IMG/VR virus record: IMGVR_UViG_3300031965_000013
Coordinates: 7,654-71,653 of that record
Source of the DNA: a virus
Taxonomy: Duplodnaviria > Caudoviricetes
DNA: 64,000 nucleotides
Strand: one strand, 5' to 3'
The notes under the pieces were generated by a model. That model was given only the letters and a program-made list of their open reading frames with translations. It was not told where the DNA came from and searched no databases. Of this stretch, positions 43,217 through 52,970 are shown piece after piece; the first letter of the stretch is position 1; the number at the start of each line of letters is the position of its first letter. The position numbers were made by a program, and so were the translations under genes.

Positions 43217-43860
43217 TCAGTCTTGAGATGCGCCGCGTAGAGGCTCGGCAATTGCGCCGCCGCACCTGTTACGATCTCGGTGATGTTGAATTTCTTGCCG
43301 ATCGTTACGGAGTCGATGCCGACGAACAGCGGCACGGCTCGGATGGTGCCGCGTTTGCCGCCGGTCCCGCGTCGCAGTGCCGATAGCGATACCTTGCCAC
43401 CAGCCCGCTTGGATGTGGATCGGATATTGGCAGCCAACAGCGGCGGCTTGCCGGCCCGCTTGATCTGGAACAGCTTCTGCCCGGTTCCGATTGCCAGGCG
43501 TTCCGGCGTGGTGCGGTGTCGGCCGATCTTCTTCGGCGTACCTTTCAGCGGTAGCCAGAGTTTGGGCTGCCCCTTGATCTGTCCACCTTCTTCAAAGATG
43601 CCGGCATATCCGATCTTGTGATATACCCACGCGGCGGCATTGGCCGATGGTTCGCGCTTCGGGAATACGTCAACCCGGAGCGTGTTCTGCCACTTCGGCC
43701 CGAACCCCGCAGAGGCGATGCTGGCCCGGCCCCCAGACTTGACGATATCGGCAGCCGTCTTGATGGCGGCCGTTCCTGCCTCTTCGATGGTGAGATAGTT
43801 GGCGACAATGGCTTCCTCGAAATCGCCTTCCGTCGTCTTGTAGGTGATGCGAAGACTCAT
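43213..43860 (-). CDS. Tail completion/neck (HK97 gp10-like) protein
   Basis: Basic; AGIFEEGGQI..LWLPL. Confidence 0.55.
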   Translation of the reverse strand: MSLRITYKTTEGDFEEAIVANYLTIEEAGTAAIKTAADIVKSGGRASIASAGFGPKWQNTLRVDVFPKREPSANAAAWVYHKIGYAGIFEEGGQIKGQPKLWLPLKGTPKKIGRHRTTPERLAIGTGQKLFQIKRAGKPPLLAANIRSTSKRAGGKVSLSALRRGTGGKRGTIRAVPLFVGIDSVTIGKKFNITEIVTGAAAQLPSLYAAHLKTD

Positions 43861-44147
43861 GTGTCCTTGCTCATTTCATCGATGCGCTTCTTGACGGCCT
43901 TCCATTCGCCGCGCGCGCCCATCGCCATAATGGACAGCATCTCGCCGCGCTCTCGCGTAATTCTCTTCTGAGCAAAGTGGAGACGCCCCACGATCTCACG
44001 TGGGGACATCTCCATTACGAGCTCTTCGGAGTAGCCCGCGCCGATGAGGAAGTCTGCCGCTTCGACGATTTCGTAGCCAAATCCGCGCTGGATGGATCGA
44101 CGCCGCTGAGGCCGCTTATGCAGCGGGTCAGCGCCACGACGAAAGGG
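43857..44147 (-). CDS. Tail assembly chaperone, frameshifted C-terminal part (GT)
   Basis: The -1 frame is open from slippery C CCT TTC (44147-44141) to TGA at 43857. Confidence 0.7.
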   Translation of the reverse strand, partial: PFRRGADPLHKRPQRRRSIQRGFGYEIVEAADFLIGAGYSEELVMEMSPREIVGRLHFAQKRITRERGEMLSIMAMGARGEWKAVKKRIDEMSKDT

Positions 44148-44461
44148 ACCGGACCGCGCGGCATGGTTAGACGCATCACCACGGCCATGAGGTCTAGTTT
44201 TTCATCGGGCGCAAGATTGTCGGCGATCTCCTCGGTGAGCACCTCCACGCCAGATGCAATGATAGCATTGGCAAGATCGTCAGAAATACCGATGAAGCCG
44301 CTGTCATCAAGTTTTTGGGTCTCCATCATCCGACGCAACTCGGGGAATCGAAAAACGAGTTGCGCGGCCTCGCTAAGCTTCAGCGCGCGCACCTCGATCT
44401 TGCTTCCACGCAGGTCGAAAGACTCAACCGGCTTGGCTATGTCAACGAGACCGAGGCCCAT
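44015..44461 (-). CDS. Tail assembly chaperone (G)
   Basis: Follows the major tail protein; contains the slippery heptamer. Confidence 0.75.
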   Translation of the reverse strand: MGLGLVDIAKPVESFDLRGSKIEVRALKLSEAAQLVFRFPELRRMMETQKLDDSGFIGISDDLANAIIASGVEVLTEEIADNLAPDEKLDLMAVVMRLTMPRGPVPFVVALTRCISGLSGVDPSSADLATKSSKRQTSSSARATPKSS

Positions 44462-45000
44462 TACGCGGCAACCTCAGTCTCGACCACAGTACCGAACAAG
44501 CCGGAGAAGTCGCCGCTGTCGGCCTGGAGCACTTCACCGCTGAGTTCGACTTGGTTCCACTCGTCCGAGATGAAGCCATACTCGCCCTGCGGCTGGACCG
44601 ACACTTTCGGCAGAGTGACGGTGAACTTGTTGCCGATATCATTGGTACCTACGATGCGGAACTGCCCGGTGATTTCCGAACGGTCGAACAGGTTGAACTC
44701 CTTGTCGCCGTCCGAGTTGGTCGCTACCGTAGTTCCGGTCCCGCCGAATAGCAGGATCGACAGGTTCTCGGGCGTGATCTCTTCCATGGTGAGCGTCATC
44801 GTGCCGCCGATCTCGGTCGCGACCGAACGATCCTTGGTGCGGGTTCCGCTCATGGATGAGAAATGGTCGAGGAAGGTGATGTTCGGCGTGATGCCACCGG
44901 CAGCGCAGTTGCCGACGTGGCGCTCAGCGGCACCATCCGGCGTAAAATAGACATCGGCCTTGCCGATCTGGTAGTTGAGGACGTTTGGACTTGCAGCCAT
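44461..45000 (-). CDS. Major tail protein
   Basis: YQIGKADVYF..HVGNC..DHFSSMSG..LTMEE. Confidence 0.75.
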   Translation of the reverse strand: MAASPNVLNYQIGKADVYFTPDGAAERHVGNCAAGGITPNITFLDHFSSMSGTRTKDRSVATEIGGTMTLTMEEITPENLSILLFGGTGTTVATNSDGDKEFNLFDRSEITGQFRIVGTNDIGNKFTVTLPKVSVQPQGEYGFISDEWNQVELSGEVLQADSGDFSGLFGTVVETEVAA

Positions 45001-45154
45001 GATTGGGCTCCTTCGGAAAGCCGGACGAGCCGGCAATGCTGGGATGCGACGCCATCGCGGCGTTGCGGTTGGCCTTGCCCACGGGCCGATTAGGGCAGTG
45101 AAAAAGCCTCGCTTTCAGCGGCGGCCATTCACGTTCACGAATGCGTTGGTGTGA

Positions 45155-45607
45155 TCAGGCTACAGAGGACGCGAGCAGCCTGTAGGTGAACGCAAACACG
45201 GCATCGGTCTGGGCGATGTAGTAGCTACCATCGGTCAGGATGGTGACGTTACAACCCTCGTATCCCATCTCACCGTCGACAACGTATCCAGCAAGCGTGG
45301 CATCGCCTTCGATGGCCTTGATGACCTTGGCGAGCAGGGCACGACAATCCGGGCCGATGGTTTCAGGTGGCCCGGCAACGGCGATCACGACGGTAGGCGT
45401 CATCACGACGACCTTGGGGGCGCCTGGTGGCCTGCCCTTTCCTGAGCCGCGTTCCTGTACCTCTTCATCGCCGTCGAACACCACTGCCGATGGCAAGTCG
45501 CTGGCGGGATCGAGATTGAACAGATTGCGCCCGGCCTTGGTGACACCGGCAACGCCGTCTAGAATGGTCTCGACACGGCCAAGGATTTGCTCGCGCGGAT
45601 CGGCCAT
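45155..45607 (-). CDS. Tail terminator-like protein
   Basis: MADPREQIL..LPSAVVFDGDE; position. Confidence 0.6.
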   Translation of the reverse strand: MADPREQILGRVETILDGVAGVTKAGRNLFNLDPASDLPSAVVFDGDEEVQERGSGKGRPPGAPKVVVMTPTVVIAVAGPPETIGPDCRALLAKVIKAIEGDATLAGYVVDGEMGYEGCNVTILTDGSYYIAQTDAVFAFTYRLLASSVA

Positions 45608-45608
45608 G

Positions 45609-45959
45609 TCACGCCTTCATCAGGATAAGCAGCAGTTCGCCGTTGGCCTCGCCGGTCGGCGCCGGTCGCGGGCGGCTGGATTCGATATGCCAGGTAACAT
45701 CGTTGATGGTGATCTCGCCGCCGTGAAGGTCGGATCGGACAAGGCTGGCGGCCGTCAGTTCCGACATGCGAATGATGGCGCCGGGGCGGATGTCCTGGAA
45801 GTCGACGTTCAAAGCCGCGCCGGCTCCGTCGTTCAGAACCACGCCGGATGTCTTATCGAGCGCGGTGACAGTCACAGCACCACCACCGTTGCCAGGCAAC
45901 ACCTGTGCCTCGACGCCGATCTCGTCGTAGATCGCGCTGTAGTGATCGGCCCAGTTCAT
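45609..45959 (-). CDS. Head-tail joining protein
   Basis: Position, size, beta-rich. Confidence 0.55.
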   Translation of the reverse strand: MNWADHYSAIYDEIGVEAQVLPGNGGGAVTVTALDKTSGVVLNDGAGAALNVDFQDIRPGAIIRMSELTAASLVRSDLHGGEITINDVTWHIESSRPRPAPTGEANGELLLILMKA

Positions 45960-45961
45960 GA

Positions 45962-46255
45962 TTATGCCGTTGGGTTGGCCGGATTGGCAGTCAGCCGGAA
46001 ATACCCTTCCGTGGCCACGCAATCGGCCCGGATGGTCCAGTATACGATTCCATCATCAGCCGTAGCGGTCTCGATCTCTGCCACCCATTCGCCGTCGCTG
46101 TTCTCCGTCATATCGGTTTCACCCGTGACAGTCGCACCGGCCTGCTGATAGGAGTAGTGCAACACCGGGCTTTCCGGTGTCGCTGCATCTCCGTTCTTGT
46201 CGAGAAACGTCGCGGCCACCTCGATGCACTGGCCCCGTACATGCACCGTGCTCAT
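45962..46255 (-). CDS. Small Ig-like structural protein
   Basis: Position; beta-rich. Confidence 0.5.
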   Translation of the reverse strand: MSTVHVRGQCIEVAATFLDKNGDAATPESPVLHYSYQQAGATVTGETDMTENSDGEWVAEIETATADDGIVYWTIRADCVATEGYFRLTANPANPTA

Positions 46256-46268
46256 TTATTGCACTCCA

Positions 46269-48629
46269 TTAGCTTGGCCGCATGATAACAGTTGTGCTGG
46301 CAGAGCGCACCGTTACTGATGCCGAAGGTTGCCTCAATGACACTACGGTCGAAGGGTCCAGCAATGACACGAACGTAAAAGGTTCGCGCAAAGATACGGA
46401 AACCGACGGAGCACGAAGAGATGCGCGGATGGAAATAGCGGGTAGATCAGCCGGCGTAACAACTTCGCCTGTCAGCGTGAACGTCAGGCTCGTTGCCGCT
46501 GATAGCCGGCCGGCCCCGCGCAAATCGGCCGTTGCCGACCACGTGATCGAGGAGACGCCCAGCAGCGCATTCGCTGCTTCGGCTGTCAGGTCTCCTGCCG
46601 TTGTGAATGAAAGTGCCGCCGCCCCGCCAATGGCGCCGGTGCCAGTAGCATCTCCCGCCGCAGCCAACGCCAGCGATGTGAACCCGGCGAGACGCCCTGC
46701 CGCGCTTATCGTGGCAGTCGTCACCGTTGTCAGCGCGACGATGCCGGATAGCGCCGCCGTTGCGGTCAGGTTCGCGGCAAGGTCGAACGTGAGGACCGTC
46801 TGGCCGCGCAACGCATCGGCAACAAACGGTGTCGCCGAGAGTGCAAATGTCAGCGATGACGCGCCGACTAGGGCACCATCACCCGCCAAAGACGCCGTGG
46901 CGTCGAAACTCAATGCAGTCGCGCCGGCAAGCGCGGCCGTAGCGGTCAAACTGCCGGTGATCGTGAATGCAAAATCGGTTGACCCGGCGATCTCTACAGT
47001 CGCGGCAAGCGTACCCGCCGTGACAAAGATCAGATCCGCCGTCCCGATCAGCGATCCATCGGCTGCGATGGTTCCCGACAGATCGAAAGAGATGCTTGCG
47101 GCCCCGAACAGTGCCCCATTGCCTACCATGTGGGCAGTGAGACCTAACGTCAGGTTCGCAGTGCCTGCGAGAGCGCCAGTTCCTTCCAGACTGGCCGCAG
47201 TAGTAAACTCCAGTGCCGTCGTGCCGGCAAGCGTGCCATCCGCCGCGACTTGCCCCGTGGTGGCAAAATCCAGCCCCGTGAGACCACTTAACGCCCCGGT
47301 GGCTAACAAGTTCCCGTCAGTGGCGAATGCCGCCTCAGCGAGGCCCACAAGCCGTCCCGTGGCATCCAGCAGGCCGCTGGGGGCAAACGTGACGCTGACC
47401 GAGCCTGCTATCGCCCCATCACCGCCAGGTGCGCCAGCATTGGCGAATGAAATGCCCGTCGTTCCGGCCAGTGCACCAAGACCACCAAGCGTCGCGGCCT
47501 GAGAGAATGTCAGCGACGACGTGCCGAGAATGCCGCTCGTGGCAGCCATGCTGCCAGACGTGGTGAATACCAGGCTCGATGCGCCGGCAAGCGCTCCTCC
47601 ACCCTCCAGAGTGGCAGTTGTCGAAAAGGCCAAAGGCGAGATGCCAACAAGAGCACCGGCCCCGTCAAGCAGCCCTGATGTCGTGAACGCTAGTCCCGCC
47701 GTACCGGCCAGCGCGCCCGAACCGTCGAGCGTGGCCGTGGTCGTAAACGACAGTGCTGTGCCGCCGCTCAAGGCACCGTCTGCGAAGATCGTGCCGCTCG
47801 GCGTCCATGTTATGGCTGATGCTCCGACGAGCACCCCGATGCCACCCAACGCCGCCGTTGACGTGAACGCCACTGAGGACGTACCGGCGATTGCCGACGT
47901 TTCCGCCGCTGCCTCGGTGCTGTAGCCCGGCGGCGCAAACTCGCCGACCGCGAACTCGCCGACAGCTCCCTTGCCGACAACGCTCGGAACCACTCTCAGC
48001 GTTGCGGTGGCCGTGAAGGCATGGCCGACGACACCGGAAAGATGCCCAATGCCCTTGAGCGTGCCCGCTGCCGTGGTGGTCAGCGAAGTCGAGCCGTTTA
48101 TAGGTCCAACAACTTCCGCCGTGTAGGTGCCGGTCAGCTCGGCAGCGAAGACCCGCTTCTCCAGCGTGTCGCCGGACTTGACCTTACTAATCCCGAACAG
48201 GATGTGGACAACAGCCCCATCCCAGACAGACGGACCCGCCGTGGTGTTGACGCCGGTAAATTCGATGACATCGCTATCCGTTGGGTCCGTGGTGGTGATA
48301 TCGCTGGCAAGCGTTGCCGCATTCGTCAGGGGCGTCGTGCCGTCGGACTCGAAGACCCGCGCCGTTAAGCTATCCCATGTATTGACCTGCGTGCCGCTCT
48401 GCAGCGCATATCGCAACTGGACGAATAGCGTGTCCATAGTGGCGAAGTCGCCCGGCATGGCACCAAGGGCGAAACTAGCCGTGCCGGTATGGTTCGAGTT
48501 GGTCGCGTCATGGACGTTGGTGGCGTCGCTAGCCGACCCGATAACTTGCAGGACCGGCTCGGCTCCGGTGATCGCGGTGGCGCTGACGTTGGTGAACGTG
48601 CCAAGCTCGAGTATCCCTACATCAGCCAT
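46269..48629 (-). CDS. Long Ala/Gly/Thr/Ser-rich repeat fibre protein
   Basis: About 24-26 repeats of 20 aa (GxLxG-x2-x-L-x-F-x..L). Confidence 0.7.
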   Translation of the reverse strand: MADVGILELGTFTNVSATAITGAEPVLQVIGSASDATNVHDATNSNHTGTASFALGAMPGDFATMDTLFVQLRYALQSGTQVNTWDSLTARVFESDGTTPLTNAATLASDITTTDPTDSDVIEFTGVNTTAGPSVWDGAVVHILFGISKVKSGDTLEKRVFAAELTGTYTAEVVGPINGSTSLTTTAAGTLKGIGHLSGVVGHAFTATATLRVVPSVVGKGAVGEFAVGEFAPPGYSTEAAAETSAIAGTSSVAFTSTAALGGIGVLVGASAITWTPSGTIFADGALSGGTALSFTTTATLDGSGALAGTAGLAFTTSGLLDGAGALVGISPLAFSTTATLEGGGALAGASSLVFTTSGSMAATSGILGTSSLTFSQAATLGGLGALAGTTGISFANAGAPGGDGAIAGSVSVTFAPSGLLDATGRLVGLAEAAFATDGNLLATGALSGLTGLDFATTGQVAADGTLAGTTALEFTTAASLEGTGALAGTANLTLGLTAHMVGNGALFGAASISFDLSGTIAADGSLIGTADLIFVTAGTLAATVEIAGSTDFAFTITGSLTATAALAGATALSFDATASLAGDGALVGASSLTFALSATPFVADALRGQTVLTFDLAANLTATAALSGIVALTTVTTATISAAGRLAGFTSLALAAAGDATGTGAIGGAAALSFTTAGDLTAEAANALLGVSSITWSATADLRGAGRLSAATSLTFTLTGEVVTPADLPAISIRASLRAPSVSVSLREPFTFVSLLDPSTVVSLRQPSASVTVRSASTTVIMRPS

Positions 48630-48901
48630 CAGCCCGTCACCCCGCACTCAGCGCAGGTATGGCCTTTCGGCGGCCAGTCACCGCAGCAATGCACCCCAAG
48701 CCGCTCGCCCTCCCGCGTCCAGAACGGTTGCACGTGCGCGACATAGGCGGGATCAGCATAGACCGCCGGCCATGATCCAAGCCGTCTGTATAGACCACAA
48801 GCCCATCGGCGACCCGGCACCGTATCTTTCTCCAGGAACCGGCAGGGCTGGCCGTCGATCCAACAGCAATGGTCAGCCGCGTTCCCAGTGCAGGCCGCCA
48901 T
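48629..48901 (-). CDS. Cys-rich small protein
   Basis: HCCW..PCRFL..ACGLY..HCCGDW..CAEC. Confidence 0.6.
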   Translation of the reverse strand: MAACTGNAADHCCWIDGQPCRFLEKDTVPGRRWACGLYRRLGSWPAVYADPAYVAHVQPFWTREGERLGVHCCGDWPPKGHTCAECGVTG

Positions 48902-48994
48902 GGTCAGATCGCGTACCAGATGCGCCAGCACAAGCGGATGTTCGCTATGCGGAGCGTCGCGTCGGGATGATTCCGGCCCAATCGGTACCCATGA

Positions 48995-49906
48995 CTAGAC
49001 CGGATACACACCGCTAAGGCTTAGCTGAAACTCTGTACCGCTCGGGAACTGTGTCGGGCCGGCCAAGGCGGTTGCCGAGGAACCAATAACGCGGTCAAAA
49101 GACACGAAAGCTGCGTTGTTGAACACCTTGGCCGTCAGCATCTTGTCGCTGCCAAAGACAACATTGCTGATTTGCGCCAGAGTCACAGCAGTATGGGAAT
49201 TGGCCACACTGAGCGATGTGACCGGCAAGTCGTCAATCCGCGCCGAACCACTGGCCGTCGTGTAGGTCGGCTCGAAGGTGAGTTGGGCGCGGAACCACAC
49301 GAAGTTCCCGAAGCGGATATATCGGCCAGTCTGTATGGTATAAGCGACAGACAGGTCGCCCGGCGTTGAGAAGGTGAACGTCGGCACGAATGACGTGCTA
49401 GCCGTGTAGCTCAGCAGCGCCCATGTGTCGGTGCCGGTGCGCCGGGCGACGCCGGTGCCGGTCAGGGCCGCGATGGCAGTAAGGTCGGCGTCGGCGGGCT
49501 CCTTCTCTGTATCCAGTTCCTCAATCGCCGCCTGCACGTCCGTGGCCGCGATGCTGCCGGCTGGCGTAAACGGAAGAGCTGCGGCATTCTCCGGGATGTC
49601 CTCGGCCGCCGCGACGATCCTCACCTCGGCCCCACCGGCGAGCGTCATCTTGGTCGTGCCCGCCGTGCCTCCGATCTTGCTGTTGAGCACCGTATCGCGG
49701 CTCAGCGTCGTGCCGCTCACCGTGTAGGTGCCACGACCCATCTCGAAGTCGGTGCCTTCGGTGATGAGGTACGTCACCACATCGGCGTTTTGCACGCCCG
49801 CCTCGGCGAAGGTAAGGAACACATCGGATAAGGCCGCGCCGAGCGTCACCGTGCCCGTGCCGGTCGTGGCCGTGGTTACGGCTACGCGGTTGTAGAGCTT
49901 GGCCAT
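48995..49906 (-). CDS. Virion fibre-like protein
   Basis: TATTGTGTVTLG N-motif; DVQAAIEEL; GRYIRFGNFVWF C-domain. Confidence 0.65.
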   Translation of the reverse strand: MAKLYNRVAVTTATTGTGTVTLGAALSDVFLTFAEAGVQNADVVTYLITEGTDFEMGRGTYTVSGTTLSRDTVLNSKIGGTAGTTKMTLAGGAEVRIVAAAEDIPENAAALPFTPAGSIAATDVQAAIEELDTEKEPADADLTAIAALTGTGVARRTGTDTWALLSYTASTSFVPTFTFSTPGDLSVAYTIQTGRYIRFGNFVWFRAQLTFEPTYTTASGSARIDDLPVTSLSVANSHTAVTLAQISNVVFGSDKMLTAKVFNNAAFVSFDRVIGSSATALAGPTQFPSGTEFQLSLSGVYPV

Positions 49907-49931
49907 GGGGGATGACGCCGGATATCAGCTA

Positions 49932-50372
49932 TCAGTCAGCCGTCACGTCCAGGTCGCCGATGGCGAACTCCGGCGTGATACCCGTCGATACCGCAAGCGA
50001 ACTGTCCAGCGCACCATAGAAGTCGAGGTTGCCGGCGGCGGTCTCAGCCGAGCCGATGCCGAAATGCGTGATGGTGTTCGACGAGCCCGTGCATTCATCG
50101 AAGGTGATCGCCGCCGCGTTGTCGGCCGTGTCGCCGCTCACCGTCCAGCCTGCCCCGGAACGCGCCACAGACTTGCGCCCATAGCCGGTATAGGTCGCCT
50201 CGCTGGTTGTCTGGTCGCCATCCTCGCCGGGTTCGGCCGTATGCAGCGAAATCCATACCACCCCGGCGGCTGCCGATGGTTGTAAGCCGCCCGCATCGCC
50301 GATATTGGCCGCAGCATCGTTATTGAAGTACAGTGCCAGCAGTTTGGTCTCAAGTGCATTTGTCGCGCTCAT
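49932..50372 (-). CDS. Virion structural (fibre-associated) protein
   Basis: ISLHTAEPG..EATYTGYGR motif common in phage morphogenesis regions. Confidence 0.65.
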   Translation of the reverse strand: MSATNALETKLLALYFNNDAAANIGDAGGLQPSAAAGVVWISLHTAEPGEDGDQTTSEATYTGYGRKSVARSGAGWTVSGDTADNAAAITFDECTGSSNTITHFGIGSAETAAGNLDFYGALDSSLAVSTGITPEFAIGDLDVTAD

Positions 50373-50433
50373 GGTTTAATTCCTTCTAACAGTTTGATCA
50401 TGACATATGATTGGATGCGACTGTCGCCATTGA

Positions 50434-51060
50434 TCACGCCGCCCGTTCCCATGTCGTGTCGGGGTCAATCGCGCCACGCACCGCACCAGCGTCGAATGCC
50501 AGTCCGCAATGCGCGGCTACTGGCCGAAACGCTTCCGCGTCGGCGATGAACGCCGCCGGCCAGACCTCGACTAGATTGAGCCCCGCCGCCTTCATTTCGT
50601 TGAAGCGCCGTTCGTGTTCGGCGATCCAGCCCAGCCAGCCCTCACGGGTGTCGTATGCCTTCATGAAATGTGTATGCAGGCATGACTTGACGATGCGCTC
50701 GGGATCGCGCCGGACAACCACCCATTTCGCCTCGGGGAATGCTTTGGCCCATACCGGCCAGACCAACGTGAGTTTCGCGTCCTTGTAAGCCCATGGCCGT
50801 GGCGCGCCGTTCAACCGCTCCAGCACCGCACGGCGCAATGACGGATCAGGCTCCAGCCTGTCGGTGTCCGGCAGCGGCTTCTGTCCGCGCGGATCGGCAC
50901 CGATGCGCCGCAGATACGGCTTGAGCAAGGTCTGCCTAATATCGGTGTTCTCATAGAGTTGGTTGACGGACGGGTTTGCGCCAAGCCAGCAGCCATGCGC
51001 CTGCAATATCCGCGTCGTCAGCGACGTACCGGATCGGGCGCACCCAGTTACCAGGATCAT
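50434..51060 (-). CDS. Sulfotransferase (P-loop family)
   Basis: ILVTGCARSGTS (5'-PSB), YKD, VVVRRDP..IVKS (3'-PB). Confidence 0.8.
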   Translation of the reverse strand: MILVTGCARSGTSLTTRILQAHGCWLGANPSVNQLYENTDIRQTLLKPYLRRIGADPRGQKPLPDTDRLEPDPSLRRAVLERLNGAPRPWAYKDAKLTLVWPVWAKAFPEAKWVVVRRDPERIVKSCLHTHFMKAYDTREGWLGWIAEHERRFNEMKAAGLNLVEVWPAAFIADAEAFRPVAAHCGLAFDAGAVRGAIDPDTTWERAA

Positions 51061-51680
51061 GCAGCCATCCAGTTCACATCGCGGGGACGAGGCTTGCCGT
51101 GGAAGCACACCGCACGCGCGTTCTCGTGGCCGCTGGCGGGCCTTACGTTCAGTTTGAAGGAAACCACCTGTCCGGGTAGTTTCGTCTGCCACCGGGCCGC
51201 TCTGTGCCCTACAATCGGGTCTATGAAGTTCTGATCGCCGCGATTATCCCGCATGTACTGCGACGGAGCCGTAATCCAGCGCTTCCAGATTTCCGCCCGA
51301 TCAGCTTCGGTTAGATACATGAGCCCTGTTCCGGCCACCGGCCGTTGCCCAGTGCCCAGCTTTTTCCGGCTGTCATAGAACCCGTTGAGCATGGCGAGAC
51401 GACCTACCGAGGCAATATCGGTCAGGTCGCCGTTTATGACGGTATCGAGATCGAAGTAGAGCACGTCGCCGGCCAGTCCTGGCGCGAACAGATTCATCTT
51501 GGCCCACCAGCCAGGCCAGTCGAAGCGAAGCGTGATGCGCTCGCACGGCACCGGCACGTCGGACAGGCAGACGAAGCGATGTGGTATCGGCAAATGTTCG
51601 GCCACGCCAGCATGAAGCCGTTCGACATACTCAGAATCGTAGTCGCCCCCGCTGCGCAGGACGCAAGCAATTGTCACCAT
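51057..51680 (-). CDS. GT-A fold glycosyltransferase
   Basis: WWAKMNLF, LYFDLDTV (DxD), DQNFI, FHGKPRP. Confidence 0.8.
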   Translation of the reverse strand: MVTIACVLRSGGDYDSEYVERLHAGVAEHLPIPHRFVCLSDVPVPCERITLRFDWPGWWAKMNLFAPGLAGDVLYFDLDTVINGDLTDIASVGRLAMLNGFYDSRKKLGTGQRPVAGTGLMYLTEADRAEIWKRWITAPSQYMRDNRGDQNFIDPIVGHRAARWQTKLPGQVVSFKLNVRPASGHENARAVCFHGKPRPRDVNWMAA

Positions 51681-52231
51681 TGACCCGGCCACCAGCGATT
51701 CCCCTTCGACGAGTTCTCCAGCGCCGTAAGGTATTGAAGATTTTGCGGCACATGCAGTCCGCAGACCATCGGATGAACAAGCGGCACGATATGATCTACC
51801 GTCATATCGGGAGGGCAGTCCCGATAGATGCGCTCAATCGCATTCAGATCAGCCCACATCGGAGTCGCCTGAAGCTTACGCGCCTTCCGTAAGGCGAGTT
51901 GCGCATTGTAGTATGGTCGGTTATCGCGTATAAACTTCCTGCTGCGCGCTCTCTCCTTCTCAAGGTTATTGGCGCGATACTCAGCATTTGCAGCTTTTCG
52001 CTTTTCCCGGTTTCGGTTGTGATAGCGACGACCGCGAACATTGGTGTCCAAACCAGCGGCACGGGCTGCTTCATATGCAGCAGTTTTTCGTTCGTAGTGA
52101 CACTGAATGCACGAGCGCCATTTGGTAAACCGCTCGGCGAAGTGCCCGTATTTGCAGGGCTTACCAGTGAAATATCTTCCGAGGCCCTGCTGTATCGCTT
52201 CCGTCCGCGTGATACGGATGGCATCAGCCAT
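51674..52231 (-). CDS. HNH endonuclease
   Basis: ATPMWAD..VDHIVPL..CGLHVPQNLQYLTALENSSKGN. Confidence 0.9.
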   Translation of the reverse strand: MADAIRITRTEAIQQGLGRYFTGKPCKYGHFAERFTKWRSCIQCHYERKTAAYEAARAAGLDTNVRGRRYHNRNREKRKAANAEYRANNLEKERARSRKFIRDNRPYYNAQLALRKARKLQATPMWADLNAIERIYRDCPPDMTVDHIVPLVHPMVCGLHVPQNLQYLTALENSSKGNRWWPGQW

Positions 52232-52352
52232 TCCGCGCTCCTTTCCATCTCGGGGTGGTCAGAACTGGGGGATCGGTGCAAACGCTTTTCCGGCTCGTTT
52301 ATTCTAACCTAAACGGCTGACTCAACAATCCATTTCGCCACGCAGCAGACGG

Positions 52353-52961
52353 TCAACACTGCGAACCGCTCCTTGCGATGAATACCAACGTCCGGGCACC
52401 TTGCGTTGAGCCGATCACTGCCGCTTCCGTCTTGTGATTACCCGCTTGGCCGCCGAAGAACGTCACGATCCAGCCGGCCGCCTCCAATTCATCTCTAATC
52501 TCTGCCGGCGTGTAGTGTCGCACGTGGTACCTCGGCCGTGCCGGATCGAACGGGATCACTGCCTCGTTGGGCACCGAACCGACCAGCACATCCGCGCATT
52601 TCACCGCTCGGGCAAGAACGGCCGGGGCCTCTTGGATGTGCTCAAGGATCTCGAAAGCCACCATCAAATCGACGCAAGGCAACGGAGTCGTGACAATATC
52701 GGCCTCGTGAAGCGTCACCCTGGGATGGACATAGTGCAGATCGCCGAACGCTACCGCGCCAGTATCGATCTCATAACCACAGACATCGGCATCAGTCTCG
52801 CGCGCCATCAGCCATGAGCCGTATCCGATGCCGGCGCCCACATCGGCTATCCGGGTTGCGCCGATGCGCACGGCCTCGCGAGCCGCGAAGCGGTAGCGCG
52901 ACACACAATCGTCGCGGATGCCGGCGATGTTTGTAGCAACCTGCCGCCCGCCCTTGATCAT
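52353..52961 (-). CDS. Class I SAM methyltransferase
   Basis: RYRFA..IADVGAGIGYG..FEILEH..HVRHYT. Confidence 0.85.
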   Translation of the reverse strand: MIKGGRQVATNIAGIRDDCVSRYRFAAREAVRIGATRIADVGAGIGYGSWLMARETDADVCGYEIDTGAVAFGDLHYVHPRVTLHEADIVTTPLPCVDLMVAFEILEHIQEAPAVLARAVKCADVLVGSVPNEAVIPFDPARPRYHVRHYTPAEIRDELEAAGWIVTFFGGQAGNHKTEAAVIGSTQGARTLVFIARSGSQC

Positions 52962-52970
52962 GCCACACCC

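Noticed and set aside
50376-50390. CtrA-like box
   Set aside because: Spacing and second half-site do not match TTAA-N7-TTAA; overlaps the RBS of the downstream gene
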